The notes under the pieces were generated by a model. It ran no database searches, was not told where the DNA came from, and was given only the letters and a program-made list of their open reading frames with translations. From Plakobranchus ocellatus (lineage: Eukaryota): 28,426 nt of DNA. Location of the stretch: NCBI GenBank assembly GCA_019648995.1, contig BLXT01007869.1, positions 150,486 to 178,911 on the forward strand. The letters are read 5' to 3'. Positions within the stretch are counted from its first letter, which is position 1. Every line of letters starts with the position of its first letter. Positions 11,067-23,488 of the stretch are shown in pieces. Position numbers and translations under genes: made by a program.

Positions 11067-11965
11067 GTAAGTTGCTTATGAATTGTCTTTTTTTATTTTT
11101 TTTTTAACATTTGAAGTGATATATATATTGTGCCCAAGTGTGTCTGTCAGTCAGCCATAATCAGTAAGATAGTGCATAGAGCATTTCTTTGAGAAAAACT
11201 TTTCAATTATTATTTTTCCTCTTTGAAATGCATTTTTTTCCAAAAACATAAAAATTCCATATGTGGCTCAGAATCAATATAGCTCTATTCATATCTTACC
11301 ATTGCAAACCTCATAGATAGAAGTTTGGGGCTGTTTTATGGGTTAAAAACGTTCAGAAGCAACTTCTAAATTGTTCACATGGGTCTCGAGACATCTTTCG
11401 ATGTGTGTGCGTGTTTTGGTTATGCAATTATATATGGGCAAGATTACCACTCACAACATCACAAATGTAATGTCAACTGAATTGATATATAAAGTAAAGA
11501 TACAGTAAACAAATGCCAGGTATAAACTATATATATATATTTTTTTATGTATTTATGTGCACTGAACAGTATTCAAAAAGTAAAATAATAGTAAGTGAAG
11601 ATAAGCCTGCTTCTCTAATAAACAAAAAAAATTAAGCCATGAGCCATTAAGCCATGAGATTCAAAAGGCCCCTATGTCAGTGAATATTCCCAATTTTCGT
11701 GTCTTTTTGGTGTGAAAAAAATATATGTTCTTTTTTTAATAGAATATATTGCTTCACTCTTAAATGGTTTTATTGTATAGTGATACCTTAAGGGTTAAGG
11801 ATAATTATATGTGGTCAAATGAGATGCAATTTTATATGTGGTACCTATCGTTATGAGCATGACCTTAAAACCACCTCTGTATGTCTCTAATTTATACTTT
11901 TTTGAATGCACTGAAATTCTATGTATAATGAAATTATCTTAGTATATTATGTTTATGCCCTGCAG

Positions 11966-12121
11966 GCAGGCGAACCCACTGTGTTGGAGTCCAGGTACAC
12001 AGCTACCGCAGATCAAGCCCTGGCTGTGTATGCCATGCTTTTTGATGGGCTTGCCAAGAGGTCAGGGGTCGAGGTTTGCAGGTCACCAGTGAGAGGCTTG
12101 GGTTCAACTCTGTTGCAGAAA
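11966..12121 (+). CDS. PARP4: PARP4 exon 5 (AGEPTVLESRYTATADQALAVYAMLFDGLAKRSGVEVCRSPVRGLGSTLLQK)
   Basis: Acceptor ccctgcag|GCA. Donor AAA|GTAAGT. Confidence 0.8.
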
Positions 12122-13143
12122 GTAAGTGGCCTGAATATTCTGTTGCTTCTGATTAGCTGATATCTTTCTCTTGTTTTGTTGATGTTTTTTTTCCACACAG
12201 TTGAATCTTTTAATGCTATTACCCTGGAGGAGAAATAAAAAAATGATATATTTTTTGTACTTTACCTCCTTTTCCCTCCTTTTTTAATAATCACAATCTG
12301 TAACAATGCATGGGTGCATGTTTAGTACATGAAAAGTAAGCCAGAATCTTGGGTATATAATTACACTACAAATAGACCTTGTTCAGTTCCTGATACTGCA
12401 GTATAGGTCTTACAGTAAATGACTATTTTTTTTTTTTAAATTGAAAGTCTGAAAAGCATGCATTCTAGCTATTTTCTCAGAATCTTATTTCCATTAATTT
12501 TGTTTACAATCAATTTGCTTAATCACAATAAACATTATAATCCTGTTTATTAAGTACCCCTATTGAACCTTGACTAAATCAAGAATCTGCTTTTATGTGA
12601 ATGATGAGTTAACATGTCTCGAGACCAGCTCAAATGAGTCCTCAGTCACATCCTAAACACTTTAAAGCATTAGACAGCATGAAACTGTTTTCTGCAAGCT
12701 TTGCAATTTAGAAAATAGATAGATCTTTGTTGATTCTGAGCAAAAATATGAGACTTTTTTCTTTTTGAAAAAAATTTTAAAGAAGGAAAAAACAACTTCA
12801 CATTTGCTCATCACAAAAGTTTGATATGTGAAATCAAACATAAAAGGACTGGTCTCAAGACATGGACAATGATATTTATTGCTTCATATGTTGGAAACTC
12901 TCTCTTTTTTTAAGACTTGTTTCATGGGTACTGATCCAGCAAAATTACTGTGTTTTACTTTCTTTCCCTTTTATTTTCTTCTATATACTTCAGCGGCTGG
13001 CTGAAAGGAGGCAAAATTATAATACAACTGGTTTGTACTTTTTGGTAACCATTGCTGTTTGTCATGTGCATTTTATTGAATAAGATTTTCATGCTGTTGT
13101 TTATTTATTTTTTTATTGTTATTGTTGTTAATCCTTATCTCAG

Positions 13144-13278
13144 AAAATGGCGGAAGTTAACCATGTCCACGAGGGCTGCAGTGAAGAAGTGTGCGACCTG
13201 GTGGAACATGTGTGGAGGGAGGCTCTGTCAGAGGTCACAGCACTCCTTGGTAGCATCAGTTCCATCAAACTGGATCAG
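13144..13278 (+). CDS. PARP4: PARP4 exon 6 (KMAEVNHVHEGCSEEVCDLVEHVWREALSEVTALLGSISSIKLDQ). PARP regulatory/helical region.
   Basis: Acceptor ccttatctcag|AAA. Strong match to human 'SQEVSDLVEMIWAEALGHLEHMLLKPVNRISLNDV'. Donor CAG|GTAAGA. Confidence 0.85.
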
Positions 13279-13881
13279 GTAAGAAACTTGCATGAGCATT
13301 TGTCTTGAAATGATGTATACAACACGTGGAGAAAAAAGAATTTTTAGTTCTCACTCATTCAAAACAGCCTCGAAACATTTTTTTTTTAGTTCAGTTACCA
13401 AAATTATAGAAAGCAATCATCTCATAGACTATATAGATTGATTTAACTTAAGGTTGTAAAGAAAAGATGCCGTTTTTTTGTATTAAAGCATTGTTTTTCA
13501 GCTTAACCTTTTTTGCAACTCTTGTTTGTCGTAATTTGGTGCAGGAAAAAAAATAAGCTTATTTTAAAATGGATTTATATTTTTTTCAGCTTAGCTTCTT
13601 AAATTTGTGAACACAAAGTTTTAGAAAAAAAATTTATTGATGCCCTTGTTTGTTTCTTTTCTTTCTTTTTTCATGGATTGATTGTCTGAATGCCAAGAAG
13701 TTAACGTACTGACTGACAACTACAAAAGATTAAGATGCATCAGAGAGACATGATTGTGGGTGCTTACTAAGCATTGATCTGTGTTTGCAATCGGTTATTA
13801 TCTCTACAAGTAATGTAATTATTTTTTTGACATTTCAAATAAAATCTAAATGTTTCCCTTTCTTTTGAAAAAATTCTTCAG

Positions 13882-14073
13882 GTAGAGAAAGCTGAGGCCA
13901 TCTTGAGCAAGATCAGTGTGGCCATCCAGGCCTCTATACCAGCAACAGCTGTCCATGAAGAGGTCAAGGAGTTTTACTCTACACTCTCTCACAAAAGGGA
14001 GAATCTCAGCTCAGTTTTGGAAGCAAAACTTCCCTGGAAAAAGTGGCTGATGAAGAAGAGGGACCTATGCCAG
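13882..14073 (+). CDS. PARP4: PARP4 exon 7 (VEKAEAILSKISVAIQAS...EFYSTLSHKRENLSSVLEAKLPWKKWLMKKRDLCQ)
   Basis: Acceptor attcttcag|GTA. Matches human 'SKAEGILLLVKAALKNG...TEFYRLIPHKGTMPKEVNLGLLAKKADLCQ'. Donor CAG|GTAATT. Confidence 0.85.
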
Positions 14074-14334
14074 GTAATTATAGTACACAAAATTGAACCT
14101 TTTTTTTTATACTGAAGTCCCAAATTTTTACGTCTAAATGCATATTTCTTAAACCAATTGAAAAAAAAAAAACGAAAAACTTTAACCGGCTTTTAACCTC
14201 TCACACATAAATTGTGAAGTTTATATTTCATTGGCCCCAATATTGAGGGTCCTATATTTGTTATCCCAACTTTCATCCTTCTTTATCTGCAATGAGTATA
14301 TTTTCACATGTTAACTTCATTTATGCTTTCTCAG

Positions 14335-14486
14335 TTGGTGAGGGACATTGTCTCTGTGAGTGAGATGACCAACTATGAGAGCCAGGCGGTGATCGAGGCC
14401 AAATATGTTGCTCTGCGGTGCCACATCACAGCCCTGTTTGGGGCACACAGAGAGGAGGTGGAGCACCTGGTCACATCCAGCATCAG
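14335..14486 (+). CDS. PARP4: PARP4 exon 8 (LVRDIVSVSEMTNYESQAVIEAKYVALRCHITALFGAHREEVEHLVTSSI-)
   Basis: Acceptor tgctttctcag|TTG. Matches human 'LIRDMVNVCETNLSKPNPPSLAKYRALRCKIEHVEQNTEEF'. Donor AG|GTTTGT, phase 2. Confidence 0.85.
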
Positions 14487-15067
14487 GTTTGTTTGACTGC
14501 TGGTCATCTGTTGCTCTCGTGTTTGTGAGTCAAAAAGACACTGTAAAAGTGTAAATGTTAGGTCTAGTATCTTTTGTTAACATGAGGAACTATTACAGAA
14601 TCATATACCATGAGTTTGGAAATGATGGTAAACGAAGGCTGTGTGGGCCTATTACAGAACTCAAAATGACCTTTAAACTTATGCATAACACATTCATTAA
14701 ATTTTCTATTTTCTTGATTCTCTAAGCTTGTGATGTACCACAAAGTGAAATATTTTGTGGAAAAAAATATGTCATACTCAAATGGTTTCAATAATTCCTG
14801 CAAAATATACCATATATATATCATATGATAAGCACATTTGCCAAATTCTTTTTAGAAAATTTTGGTCTAAATTATCAAGAATTGCATAAGTTCTTCCCAA
14901 GTTTATAACAACATACTCCAGCCACAAAACCTTTCATTTTTTTGTCATGATACACTTTACGAGTAGCAGTTTAATATCTCTGATTTATCTGAATCACATA
15001 GACACACATATTGTGTGACTGATTCACAAATTCACTTTTGTTTATACTCTATTTTTTCCCTCTCAAG

Positions 15068-15208
15068 TGATCATACTAACCTGCGAGTCATAAATGTGTA
15101 TGAAGTTTGGCGCCAGATGGAGGATGCAGAATTCAGACACGACCTCCAGCCCAAGGTACATCTGTTTCACTCATCCAGAGTAGAGAATTTTGTGGGAATA
15201 TTATCAAG
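15068..15208 (+). CDS. PARP4: PARP4 exon 9 (SDHTNLRVINVYEVWRQMEDAEFRHDLQPKVHLFHSSRVENFVGILS-). PARP catalytic domain, containing the His of the H-Y-E triad.
   Basis: Acceptor ccctctcaag|T. Matches human 'VDVLQIFRVGRVNETTEFLSKLGNVRPLLHGSPVQNIVGILC'. Donor AG|GTGGGT. Confidence 0.85.
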
Positions 15209-15531
15209 GTGGGTTCTTTATAGTTTCCTTATGATTAAAATTAAAATTTGAAGTTTTTGATTTACACATGTGAATGCTTAAAACTTGAAAAGTCAAGATA
15301 GAGGAAATTATATTCTCCAGATTTGTGCAGAAATTAGGGATAATAGAACATGAAGGGACATTACTTTTCCTTGTTTCTTTTCAGTTTTTTGGAGAACAAA
15401 ATTTCTTAAATTTAATATGTTTTTTGCTTTGAAACACCCACAGTCCTCTGTTGAGAGTTTAAAAGTGATTTATGGTGGCAAATTCATGGAAGTCTCTTTC
15501 CTTTCATTAATTTTTTTTTTCCATCTTTCAG

Positions 15532-15630
15532 AGGTCTCCTTCTACCAAAGGTTATTGTTGATGAGTTTGGCGGTACTCGGAGTGATGCAGGCATGCTGGG
15601 AAGTGGCATTTATTTTGCCAGTGCAGCAAG
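15532..15630 (+). CDS. PARP4: PARP4 exon 10 (RGLLLPKVIVDEFGGTRSDAGMLGSGIYFASAA-). Contains the triad Tyr (GSGIYF).
   Basis: Acceptor ccatctttcag|A. Matches human 'RGLLLPKVVEDRGVQRTDVGNLGSGIYFSDSLS'. Donor AG|GTAAGT. Confidence 0.9.
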
Positions 15631-16343
15631 GTAAGTCCCAGGGGTCAGTCTGACAACTATGTGTAATACTACAGTAAACCAAGTCATAAACCCCAAAGAG
15701 AACTTTAATGCAAATAAATATTATAAGGTAAGAAAGAGTCTAGAGTTTGAAATTTTCCAACCAAACACACAATTCTCATTGTGTAGGCATATTGCTAAAT
15801 GCACTTTGATCTGTAAAACGTTTCTAAATATTCACTGCCATTTAAGAACTTAAAAAAACACATTGATATGTAAGCCAACCTGTAGTGCAAAAAGGCTCAC
15901 TTTTTTACAACCAGCCCTTTAAGACTATATAACTAGGCATCCATTTTTTTCAAAACCATATTCCATTTAGCTCAAAGTAAATAATTGGAAATGCACTTTG
16001 AATATACATAATTGTCTTTTAATTTTAAACTCTGTTTTGTTTTTTCTTTGGACCTTTTTCCTTTTTCTTTGTTTCAACAACAACAACAACAATAGCAAAA
16101 AGAATAAGGAAGAAACAGTTGATATTTTTGAATGCTTATTTTATTCATACTTCCCATCATCCTTTTCCCTCCTCACCCAAAAAAATGGGAAAATAAAATT
16201 TCCAGTGTTCTTTTAAATTTGGGTTTTATAATGTTACAAAAAGAAGAAGAAAAAGCTTTGAATAGCACAGGTATGATCAAAGTCATTTATAACCAGACAC
16301 ATTTCTTAGAATCCTTTTTTTTTAAATATCTTATTATTCACAG

Positions 16344-16527
16344 CACTAGCCTGAAATATTCGGCACCCAGCTCTTCCAAAGGCACAAGGCTTCTGCTTGT
16401 GAACGAAGTAGCACTGGGCCACTCGAAAGACTATCTGGAATATGACACAACTCTGACTGAGGCCCCTGAAGGCTATGACAGCACTCATGGGGTTGCAAAG
16501 GATGACACCAACCAGTCTCAATTTGAG
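16344..16527 (+). CDS. PARP4: PARP4 exon 11 (STSLKYSAPSSSKGTRLLLVNEVALGHSKDYLEYDTTLTEAPEGYDSTHGVAKDDTNQSQFE)
   Basis: Acceptor ttattcacag|C. Matches human 'STSIKYSHPGETDGTRLLLICDVALGKCMDLHEKDFSLTEAPPGYDSVHGVSQT'. Donor GAG|GTATGC. Confidence 0.9.
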
Positions 16528-17038
16528 GTATGCTCAGACAAAAATCCAATTCTTCAGTTTGTCACTGGGCTAATGTAATGGCATAATGCAGACTTAAATG
16601 CCAAAACGCATTTATGGAATCGTTGCATTTTCTAGCCTAAGAGCTACCAGATGATGCACATAATAGACAAATGCAGCAATACAAGTTTCCGTAAATCATG
16701 GATTAATCAAATGGAAATTGGTATTAAAAAAAGAGAAGAAAAACCTTTGATCTTCCTTCACATCTTAAAATAATCCAAAATGAGTTGTGCCTTTATCACC
16801 CACTTTCTGTTAGACTAGTAAGAACTTGCATTTGTATTTTTACGTTTTTTCAAATCTTTTATGTCTTTGCTATATCATTCGTAAAATTCAATTTCAGCCC
16901 AGGTGAATATGGAATCATTTTTTTCCTCTTAAATAATATAGAAATTACTTTCAGTATCTTTTTGAGAGCTTGATTGAAGATCCTAACACATAAATGGTTT
17001 CCAGACAAAGGATATTAGCAGAAAAGTGATGCCTACAT

Positions 17039-17160
17039 AGAAGATGCTAACAGAAAATGTCGACCAGATAGAAGACACTAAAGAAAAATAGTGTCCAGTC
17101 AGAAGATGCTAATAGAGAAATGGTGCCCAGATAGAAGATGCTAATAGATGAATAATATCG
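17039..17160 (+). repeat. Minisatellite of roughly 31-bp units 'agaagatgctaa(c/t)aga(a/g)aa(a)tg...ccagat' repeated about 4 times, in PARP4 intron 11.
   Basis: Repeated 'atagaagatgctaa.aga.aaatg' blocks are visible at 17039, 17070, 17100 and 17131. Confidence 0.7.
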
Positions 17161-17751
17161 ATAATGTTAATTTTTTTTTCTTTTTGGTAATAATGAATTG
17201 CTAGAAGTGAGCAGTGGTCCTGGGCTCAAACCTGCTGGCAAAGGGTCCATGCAGATCTCTGGGTGGATTTTTTTATTTATAGAGCCACGAATGCCACCAG
17301 AACAGTCACTCCTGCTCGAATTGCCTTTCCTATAGAGTGCTTTTATAAGTTATTTATATCTGCATATCTTCTGACAGTTTTCAGATTGGAAAAATCCCAT
17401 AGAGAGGTCTTGAGATAAATTTATGATTAAACATTTGCAAAACTACTCATGTGACTCATTTGGACTGGTTTGAAATTTTAGTGCATTACTTTTTACAAAT
17501 TGGCATCTAAAAATTAAAATATATAAAATGATATAATCTGTTGAAATTTCAAGGGAAATTTTTAATGCATTTATTTTTAAGCTGTAAAAATTTATGCTGG
17601 TTATGAGCTATTTTTTAATTTTTTTCCTTTATTCTCTGAAAGCCCAGGATAAATTTTTTGAAACATTCCTTTTTCAATTTTTCTTTTTGTATTTGCTCAA
17701 GTTTTTGCTCTTTTGCCCTCTATAATTTGATATTCTTTCTTCTACCCTTAG

Positions 17752-17902
17752 CATGACGAATATGTTATCTATAAAGCAAACCAACAAAGAATCCGCTATC
17801 TTGTCGAGTTTGCCACTCCAGAAGATGAGGTGCGGCCCCTTGAGTTGACAGCTGAAGATGACCGTTACGTCTCGATTGCTGATGAAAGCAAAGCTAAAAA
17901 AG
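17752..17902 (+). CDS. PARP4: PARP4 exon 12 (HDEYVIYKANQQRIRYLVEFATPEDEVRPLELTAEDDRYVSIADESKAKK-). Contains the catalytic Glu (DEYVIY).
   Basis: Acceptor ctacccttag|CAT. Matches human 'DDEFVVYKTNQVKMKYIIKFSMPGDQ'. Donor AAG|GTGGGT, phase 1. An alternative donor 4 nt downstream is less likely. Confidence 0.8.
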
Positions 17903-17944
17903 GTGGGTGTCTTTTTTTTTTTTTTTGGCTGCTTTGGCCACTTT

Positions 17945-18300
17945 CAAAGTGATAACTGATTATCAACTTCATGAATGTTAATTCAAAGCTCACTTTTCAA
18001 ATGTTAACTGATGTTCAATTCCAATTAATGGTAAGAAGATGTTATCTTTGTAAATTTTGACTGATTTTTTACTTTTCAGTTACCACTTAATGGTTAACTT
18101 TTTAAATGTCGACTCATTTTTCACTTTTCAAATAACTGATATTAAACTTTCAGACAAAAACGTAATGGTTAACTCTTCAAATGTTAACTCATTGTTCACT
18201 TTCCAAATAACTCAATGGTAATTTTTCTGACAATAACTTAATAATTACCTTTCCAAATCTTAACTCACTGTTTAATTCCCAAACATATACAGGAAATCAG
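17945..18300 (+). repeat. Degenerate tandem array of units about 60-75 bp long ('...tcaaatgttaactcattgttcactttccaaataactcaatggtaa...'), in PARP4 intron 12.
   Basis: The motifs 'aatggttaact', 'caaatgttaact' and 'cactttt/ccaaataactgat' recur five or more times. Confidence 0.6.
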
Positions 18301-19113
18301 TCTAAATGAGGCGTTTGTTGCATCTTTGGCTGACATCTTGCTCAGTTCTAACTAAAAGCTCTCGTCCATATCATCAAATTTAATTTGTATCTAAAATGTA
18401 TATAACACGTAAATACACACTACATCAGAAAAAAAAAATTTTTTTTTTGGGGTGCAGTTAAATCACATTCGCCCTTATAAACTTGCAGCGTGCACCAATC
18501 AGGACCTCTTTTTAACAACTGTGTCATTATGTCCACACTCAAAAGTCATGTTAATCTTTTATGTTAACATCATCTTACCAAGCTTAAAAAAAGTGTGCAA
18601 AGGGAGGGGAGGACCTCAAAGATTGTATATTGTACTGTTTCACAATACTGTGGCTGAAAGCTTCAAAGATTTGGGCAACTTTTCACACGTAAAAAAAAAA
18701 AATTAATGAATTATGTCATATTGGTCTAGCCCATCCTCTTCCTTTTGGTCAATGAAAACAAAGGTCAAATCAGCTCAGAGTATGTACAAGGTAACTGCAA
18801 TTCCATAGCTTTTGACATGGTCTACAATATACATATCTTGTGCTTTGATTATTGTCAGCCTATCCACAGCTAAAGGACATAAGGCTATTTCAGGCCACTG
18901 TCAGGCCAGGGTATTGGTGTCAGGTTCGAATTCTCCACTGATAATTATAGTTCTCTGTAGATTTCTGCTCAGGTACTCTAGATCTTGTGCTAATGGCACA
19001 CCATGCATTCCATGTGAAGTGGATATTTAAAAAATAAAACCGTACATTTCCAGTGAGAGTTCCGCGCTCATGCCAAGCTTAATTTGTTCTCTTTTTTTTT
19101 TTTTTCAAACCAG

Positions 19114-19250
19114 ACTGCAACCTTCTTGATGTAGTGGGTGTTGCTGACCCCATAACTAAGGTCAAGGCTGGCCTTGTAGGATCAGGTGACCAGGAAGTTG
19201 AGCTGAAGGGTGTGCACATTCGGGCCAAGCTGATTGATCTGGCCAGTGAG
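19114..19250 (+). CDS. PARP4: PARP4 exon 13 (DCNLLDVVGVADPITKVKAGLVGSGDQEVELKGVHIRAKLIDLASE). Start of the VIT domain.
   Basis: Acceptor tttcaaaccag|AC completes Asp. Matches human 'STKAGLQDASGNLVPLEDVHIKGRIIDTVAQ'. Donor GAG|GTGAGT. Confidence 0.9.
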
Positions 19251-20121
19251 GTGAGTGAAATTTTCATATAATTATGTAGTCAGTTTGTACAATTTTTTGG
19301 CTAATGGTGAGAAGTCAGTAACAATACAGTAACTTAAATATTTAAACACAAAAACAAGTATATTTTATGAAAAAGGAGGAACCCAACCTCAAATGTCATT
19401 TGCGGCCACCGACTCATTCAAATCTGTCTCAAGACATTGCTTTCTGAACCCTTTGCATTAAAGATTTGACCTTTCTGAACCCAGAACATTAAAGATTTAA
19501 GGTTTTCTGAGCTGTGTGGATATATATTATAAGATGATAGACAGCAGCAAGGCCAGTGGTTAGTCAATAATGAAAAATTACCTGCATCGTTCAATCATTG
19601 GCCCTTTCATTTTGATCAGATAATGAATTAAACCACATGTATGTTTATGATTTAGCCCCATTTCTTCCTTTCTTTCTTTTTGTCATTTTTTGTTAATTTG
19701 TTGCTTTGGATTCTGTTTCAAGTAAATAATTCTACCAGGCCTAATTTGATAAAACATAACAGAATGGAACTGTGCAGACTTGTTGTATGTAAAGCAGTGC
19801 TAAATATGTCCTTTTTTACTCTATACAATCATGGATCTTTACAGCTTCTCTCATTGTCTGACATGGCTTCACATAAGCTTGATAGTTGCCCTACTTTGCC
19901 TCTGGTGGCGTTTGTGTCAGCAAGCGTGCCAGGAAATTTTCAAGGAATCTCCATCTTAAGTGTGAGCCTTATTTGTGGTGGTTACTCCTGATTATCACTC
20001 GGCCAATCCCCTGCTGGATGATCGGTAGTCAGAGATCATCTGAACAGTGCTCAGGCTGCTTTGCTCAAAACTGAAAATTCCTCCATTCTTGCTCACACTG
20101 TGTCTGTGCCCTTCTTCACAG

Positions 20122-20346
20122 GTCATAGTTCTTCAAGAGTATTACAACAACAGCAGCGAGCCGATCGAGGCTAAGTACGTGTTCCCTCTGGGCGAGGCTG
20201 CCGCTGTTTGTGGCTTTGAGGCTTTCATCAATGGGAAACATGTGGTGGGTGAGGTGAAGGAGAAGGAGAAGGCACACAAAGAGTACAAGCAGGCGATCAG
20301 TGAAGGTCACGGAGCATATCTCATGGATCAGGATGAAGAAACACCT
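20122..20346 (+). CDS. PARP4: PARP4 exon 14 (VIVLQEYYNNSSEPIEAKYVFPLGEAAAVCGFEAFINGKHVVGEVKEKEKAHKEYKQAISEGHGAYLMDQDEETP). VIT domain core.
   Basis: Acceptor cttcttcacag|GTC. Near-identity to human 'VIVFQTYTNKSHVPIEAKYIFPLDDKAAVCGFEAFINGKHIVGEIKEKEEAQQEYLEAVTQGHGAYLMSQDAP'. Donor CCT|GTATGT. Confidence 0.95.
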
Positions 20347-21085
20347 GTATGTTACACACCCTGAAGTCTTGAATTCCCCCTTTGTAATCCATTTTTCTTA
20401 TGTTAATATACATTACTTTCTCAGTCTTATAACAAAACAAGGTGTGGGTTGAGTGAGATTTGATAAAGATGTACAAGGAAAAGAGTTTATTTTCTAATGC
20501 CAAAAATAAAAGAAAAGAGAAGAATATTCCATGAAGTAATAATAATATCTAAAAAACTTAAGGTGATTTGAATATACTTATTAATCTTGAAATAAAATAT
20601 TCAATTTTAAGATCAGATCACAACCTAGTTTGCATACATAAGGATACTTGAGTGTGGTAGTTATGATAATCAAAAACATTATTCATCGTACACTATTAAA
20701 TTCTAGACTTTAAAAGACATAAGAAGTAATTAGGTTCTCTCTGTGTATTTGAAAAAAATGGCTTGTTCGACAAGTAGCCTTCAATGTGAGCAAAAGACTG
20801 AAATTTTAAAATATCTATGAGAAAGTTTCCTACAATATTATATGATTTTCCACTGATTAGATGTTGCATACTCTTCTACTGATGGTTTATTCTTAGAAAA
20901 GATGAAATAAGCATGCAAACCTATAATATATGCAGAGCAAACATTTCAGATAAATATTTAACAAAATTTTTCCTGGCATGCTATATAACCTTAAAATTAC
21001 TAACTCAAGTTTGGCGAATTCCTTTTAAAACATTTTTTATACAAGCTTTGCAATTATCTATCTCTCCTTCTACCTTGTTTGACAG

Positions 21086-21252
21086 GATGTTTTCACAGTG
21101 AGTGTTGGGAATCTTCCAGCTGGGGCTTGTGTGCTCATCAAGATCACATATGTGACAGAACTCCGAGTGGAGGAGGAGAAAGTCAGTTTTAGACTGCCAG
21201 GAACTGTTGCACCTTGGAAAGAGAAGGCTTCTCTTCTTCATTCCACACAGGT
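21086..21252 (+). CDS. PARP4: PARP4 exon 15 (DVFTVSVGNLPAGACVLIKITYVTELRVEEEKVSFRLPGTVAPWKEKASLLHSTQ-). VIT domain.
   Basis: Acceptor ttgtttgacag|GAT. Matches human 'DVFTVSVGNLPPKAKVLIKITYITELS...ATVAPWQQDKALNENLQ'. The 3' end is set at GT|GTGTAT (phase 2), so that exon 16 (acceptor AG at 21991-2) stays in frame and reproduces the human-like 'TKQ'. The alternative donor CAG|GTGTGT at 21250 is a better consensus but is out of phase with that acceptor. Confidence 0.75.
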
Positions 21253-21992
21253 GTGTATGGTTACACTCATATTTGAAGCACTTTTTTTTCTGACACAAAA
21301 AAGAAGGGATCATTATTGATATGTAATCATGGAAAAACACCAATTCCCTACAGTTTTGATAAAATCGTTTTGGTTGTGCACATCTTCCATTAGTTTGACA
21401 TTCTTTAACCTAAGAAATTAGGCTCGGCTTGAAGTTATAAGGAAAGAATTACCTTTTTTTTTTTCTCTTTTTTTTTTAAGACTTACAATTTACATTTTTT
21501 CATTGAAATATTCAGAGTTCTTTAGAAAATGATATTGAAAAATAGCTATACTTTTTTTTTTATAAACCAATAATTTGTAAAATACTGTTTTTATAATGGC
21601 ACCAATTCATTGAAGTGTGTTCATATGGTCACCCATGATGTACAAATAAATGTCACTTAATTTAGTACTGGCCACACCAGGAGGCGAATAGGCATGAAAG
21701 ATTTACCAAAATGCTTTAGTGAAAAAGAACTTGAGTCTGGGGATGAAGAAACAGACATTTGGAATGTGATTAAATCAATAGTTGCAGATGTGTGTGCTCA
21801 GAAAATATGAAGTTGTGAATATAATCTGCATTTGAATATCATCAAGTTACATAAAAAAAACCAAAAGACTTATACGAGCAGAGAGCCAGTAAATGATGGC
21901 ATGCTCTGTGTTGGATAGGCAGTTAATGGATGAATTCTGTTTTATTGCTTCTCTTCAAATTCATCTTTTTTATCTTCTTGCAACGCAACACA

Positions 21993-22107
21993 GACTGAAC
22001 TTAAGAGCCACAAAACAGTTGCCATGCAGACATCAGTCCAGGTTGCAATAGACATGCCCTTTGACATCCGCAGTTTGGACTGCCCAACCCATAAGGTCAA
22101 AGTGAAG
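21993..22107 (+). CDS. PARP4: PARP4 exon 16 (-LNLRATKQLAMQTSVQVAIDMPFDIRSLDCPTHKVKVK)
   Basis: Acceptor caacacag|A. Aligns to human 'ICIKEIGTKQSFSLTMSIEMPYVIEFIFSDTHELKQK'. Donor AAG|GTAAGG. The 5' boundary depends on the exon 15 donor choice. Confidence 0.7.
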
Positions 22108-22986
22108 GTAAGGACTGTAGCAGTGATTTTGATTGCATGTTTTGAAAGCTTTTTTTGCAACCTTTCCTTAAATGCATTTGTGTTTTGTTTTTTTTTAAAC
22201 CATTGACCTTTGTATGGGGCTATTTTTTTGTGCTCAGGTAGTACAAGTTTACTATCATTGTTTTTATTAAAGCATTCGGAAAGCAGAGCAATTGGCTTTA
22301 AATATATTTCTAGGCAATAGTCTGAATGAGATGCAATCATAGTCTGAATCACATCCATGGCATAATTTTCATTCTATGTAAAATGGTTGAAAGCATATGA
22401 CCATATGTTGGTTCTTTGATGGAATATAAACATTAAAGCATTTTAAAAGTACAATTTTAATAAAGGAAAACTGTACTGAAAACTTTTTTCTCAAAAGTGC
22501 AGTCAGCACCATCCTACTTATTAAAGAGCATAAGCCTATAAGTCTAAATGTACAAAAAAAAATGTACATTAATTGTGAATCAATATATTTATTTCAAAAG
22601 AAAATATCAATTTTTTTTTACATCATACAAACTTAAAAATTAGGAATATTAGCTAATTTCATTGACCTTTGACACTTCTTGGGTTACAGCTATAGGCCTA
22701 TGTTTAAAAAACCAGTATGTTTTATCTCAGACTTACCAGGAACACTTATATAGTAAATACAAGCTAATCCATCTGCTTGTTTTTTACTGCTCATCTTCGA
22801 GACGTATAGCCCATTCTCTACTTAATTGATCCCAGGCTTTTGGCAAGAGATTTGAGCATCAGAAATTTTAAGCAAAGTATCTTATTTTGATGATTATGGT
22901 GTTCTTTTCTTGTTCTATGGCTAATGATGCAAATACCGTTGTATGCAGCCAATAACCTGCTCAATAACATAATGTGCTTTTTTCAG

Positions 22987-23124
22987 CAAACGGCATCCAA
23001 AGCCTTTGTGGAGCTGGCAGGGCGGCAGGAATTTGGCTCTGGCTTTCTTCTGCTTATTGGGCTGTCTGAGATCCACGTTCCACGGATGTGGGTGGAGCAG
23101 CATCCATCCGAACCGAATCACCAG
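22987..23124 (+). CDS. PARP4: PARP4 exon 17 (QTASKAFVELAGRQEFGSGFLLLIGLSEIHVPRMWVEQHPSEPNHQ)
   Basis: Acceptor gcttttttcag|CAA. Matches human 'RTDCKAVISTMEGSSLDSSGFSLHIGLSAAYLPRMWVEKHPEKESE'. Donor CAG|GTAAGT. Confidence 0.9.
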
Positions 23125-23488
23125 GTAAGTTCTTAGAAGATTTCATTTTCACGGCAATATTTTCCTTTTATGTAATATTCATATTAAGCTCAGATTTTAA
23201 AACTGTAATTTTGATCTACTTTATTGTAACAAGGTCCAATCTGCATGGTAAAAATTAGTCATACTTGATCAATTTTTTCAGACCAGTCCAAATGAGTGGT
23301 AATTTCCATTTTCAACATTTAAAATCATTGTTACAAATCAAATTTTATTCAGTGATTTTTTGCAATAAAATAAAAAAAAAAAAAAATTTTTTTTAGAGAA
23401 CTAATCACTGTGTGTTATGGTGTTGGTGTTTAAATTTCAGTATGTCTAGTTCAAAATAATCAATGCTGTGCCTCCTTTCCTATTCTAG

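Noticed and set aside
21005-22358. Minus-strand ORFs 21005-21343 (112 aa) and 21942-22358 (138 aa).
   Set aside because: They are antisense to PARP4 exons 15 and 16. The open frames are a by-product of the coding sequence on the opposite strand, and they show no homology signal or splice context.
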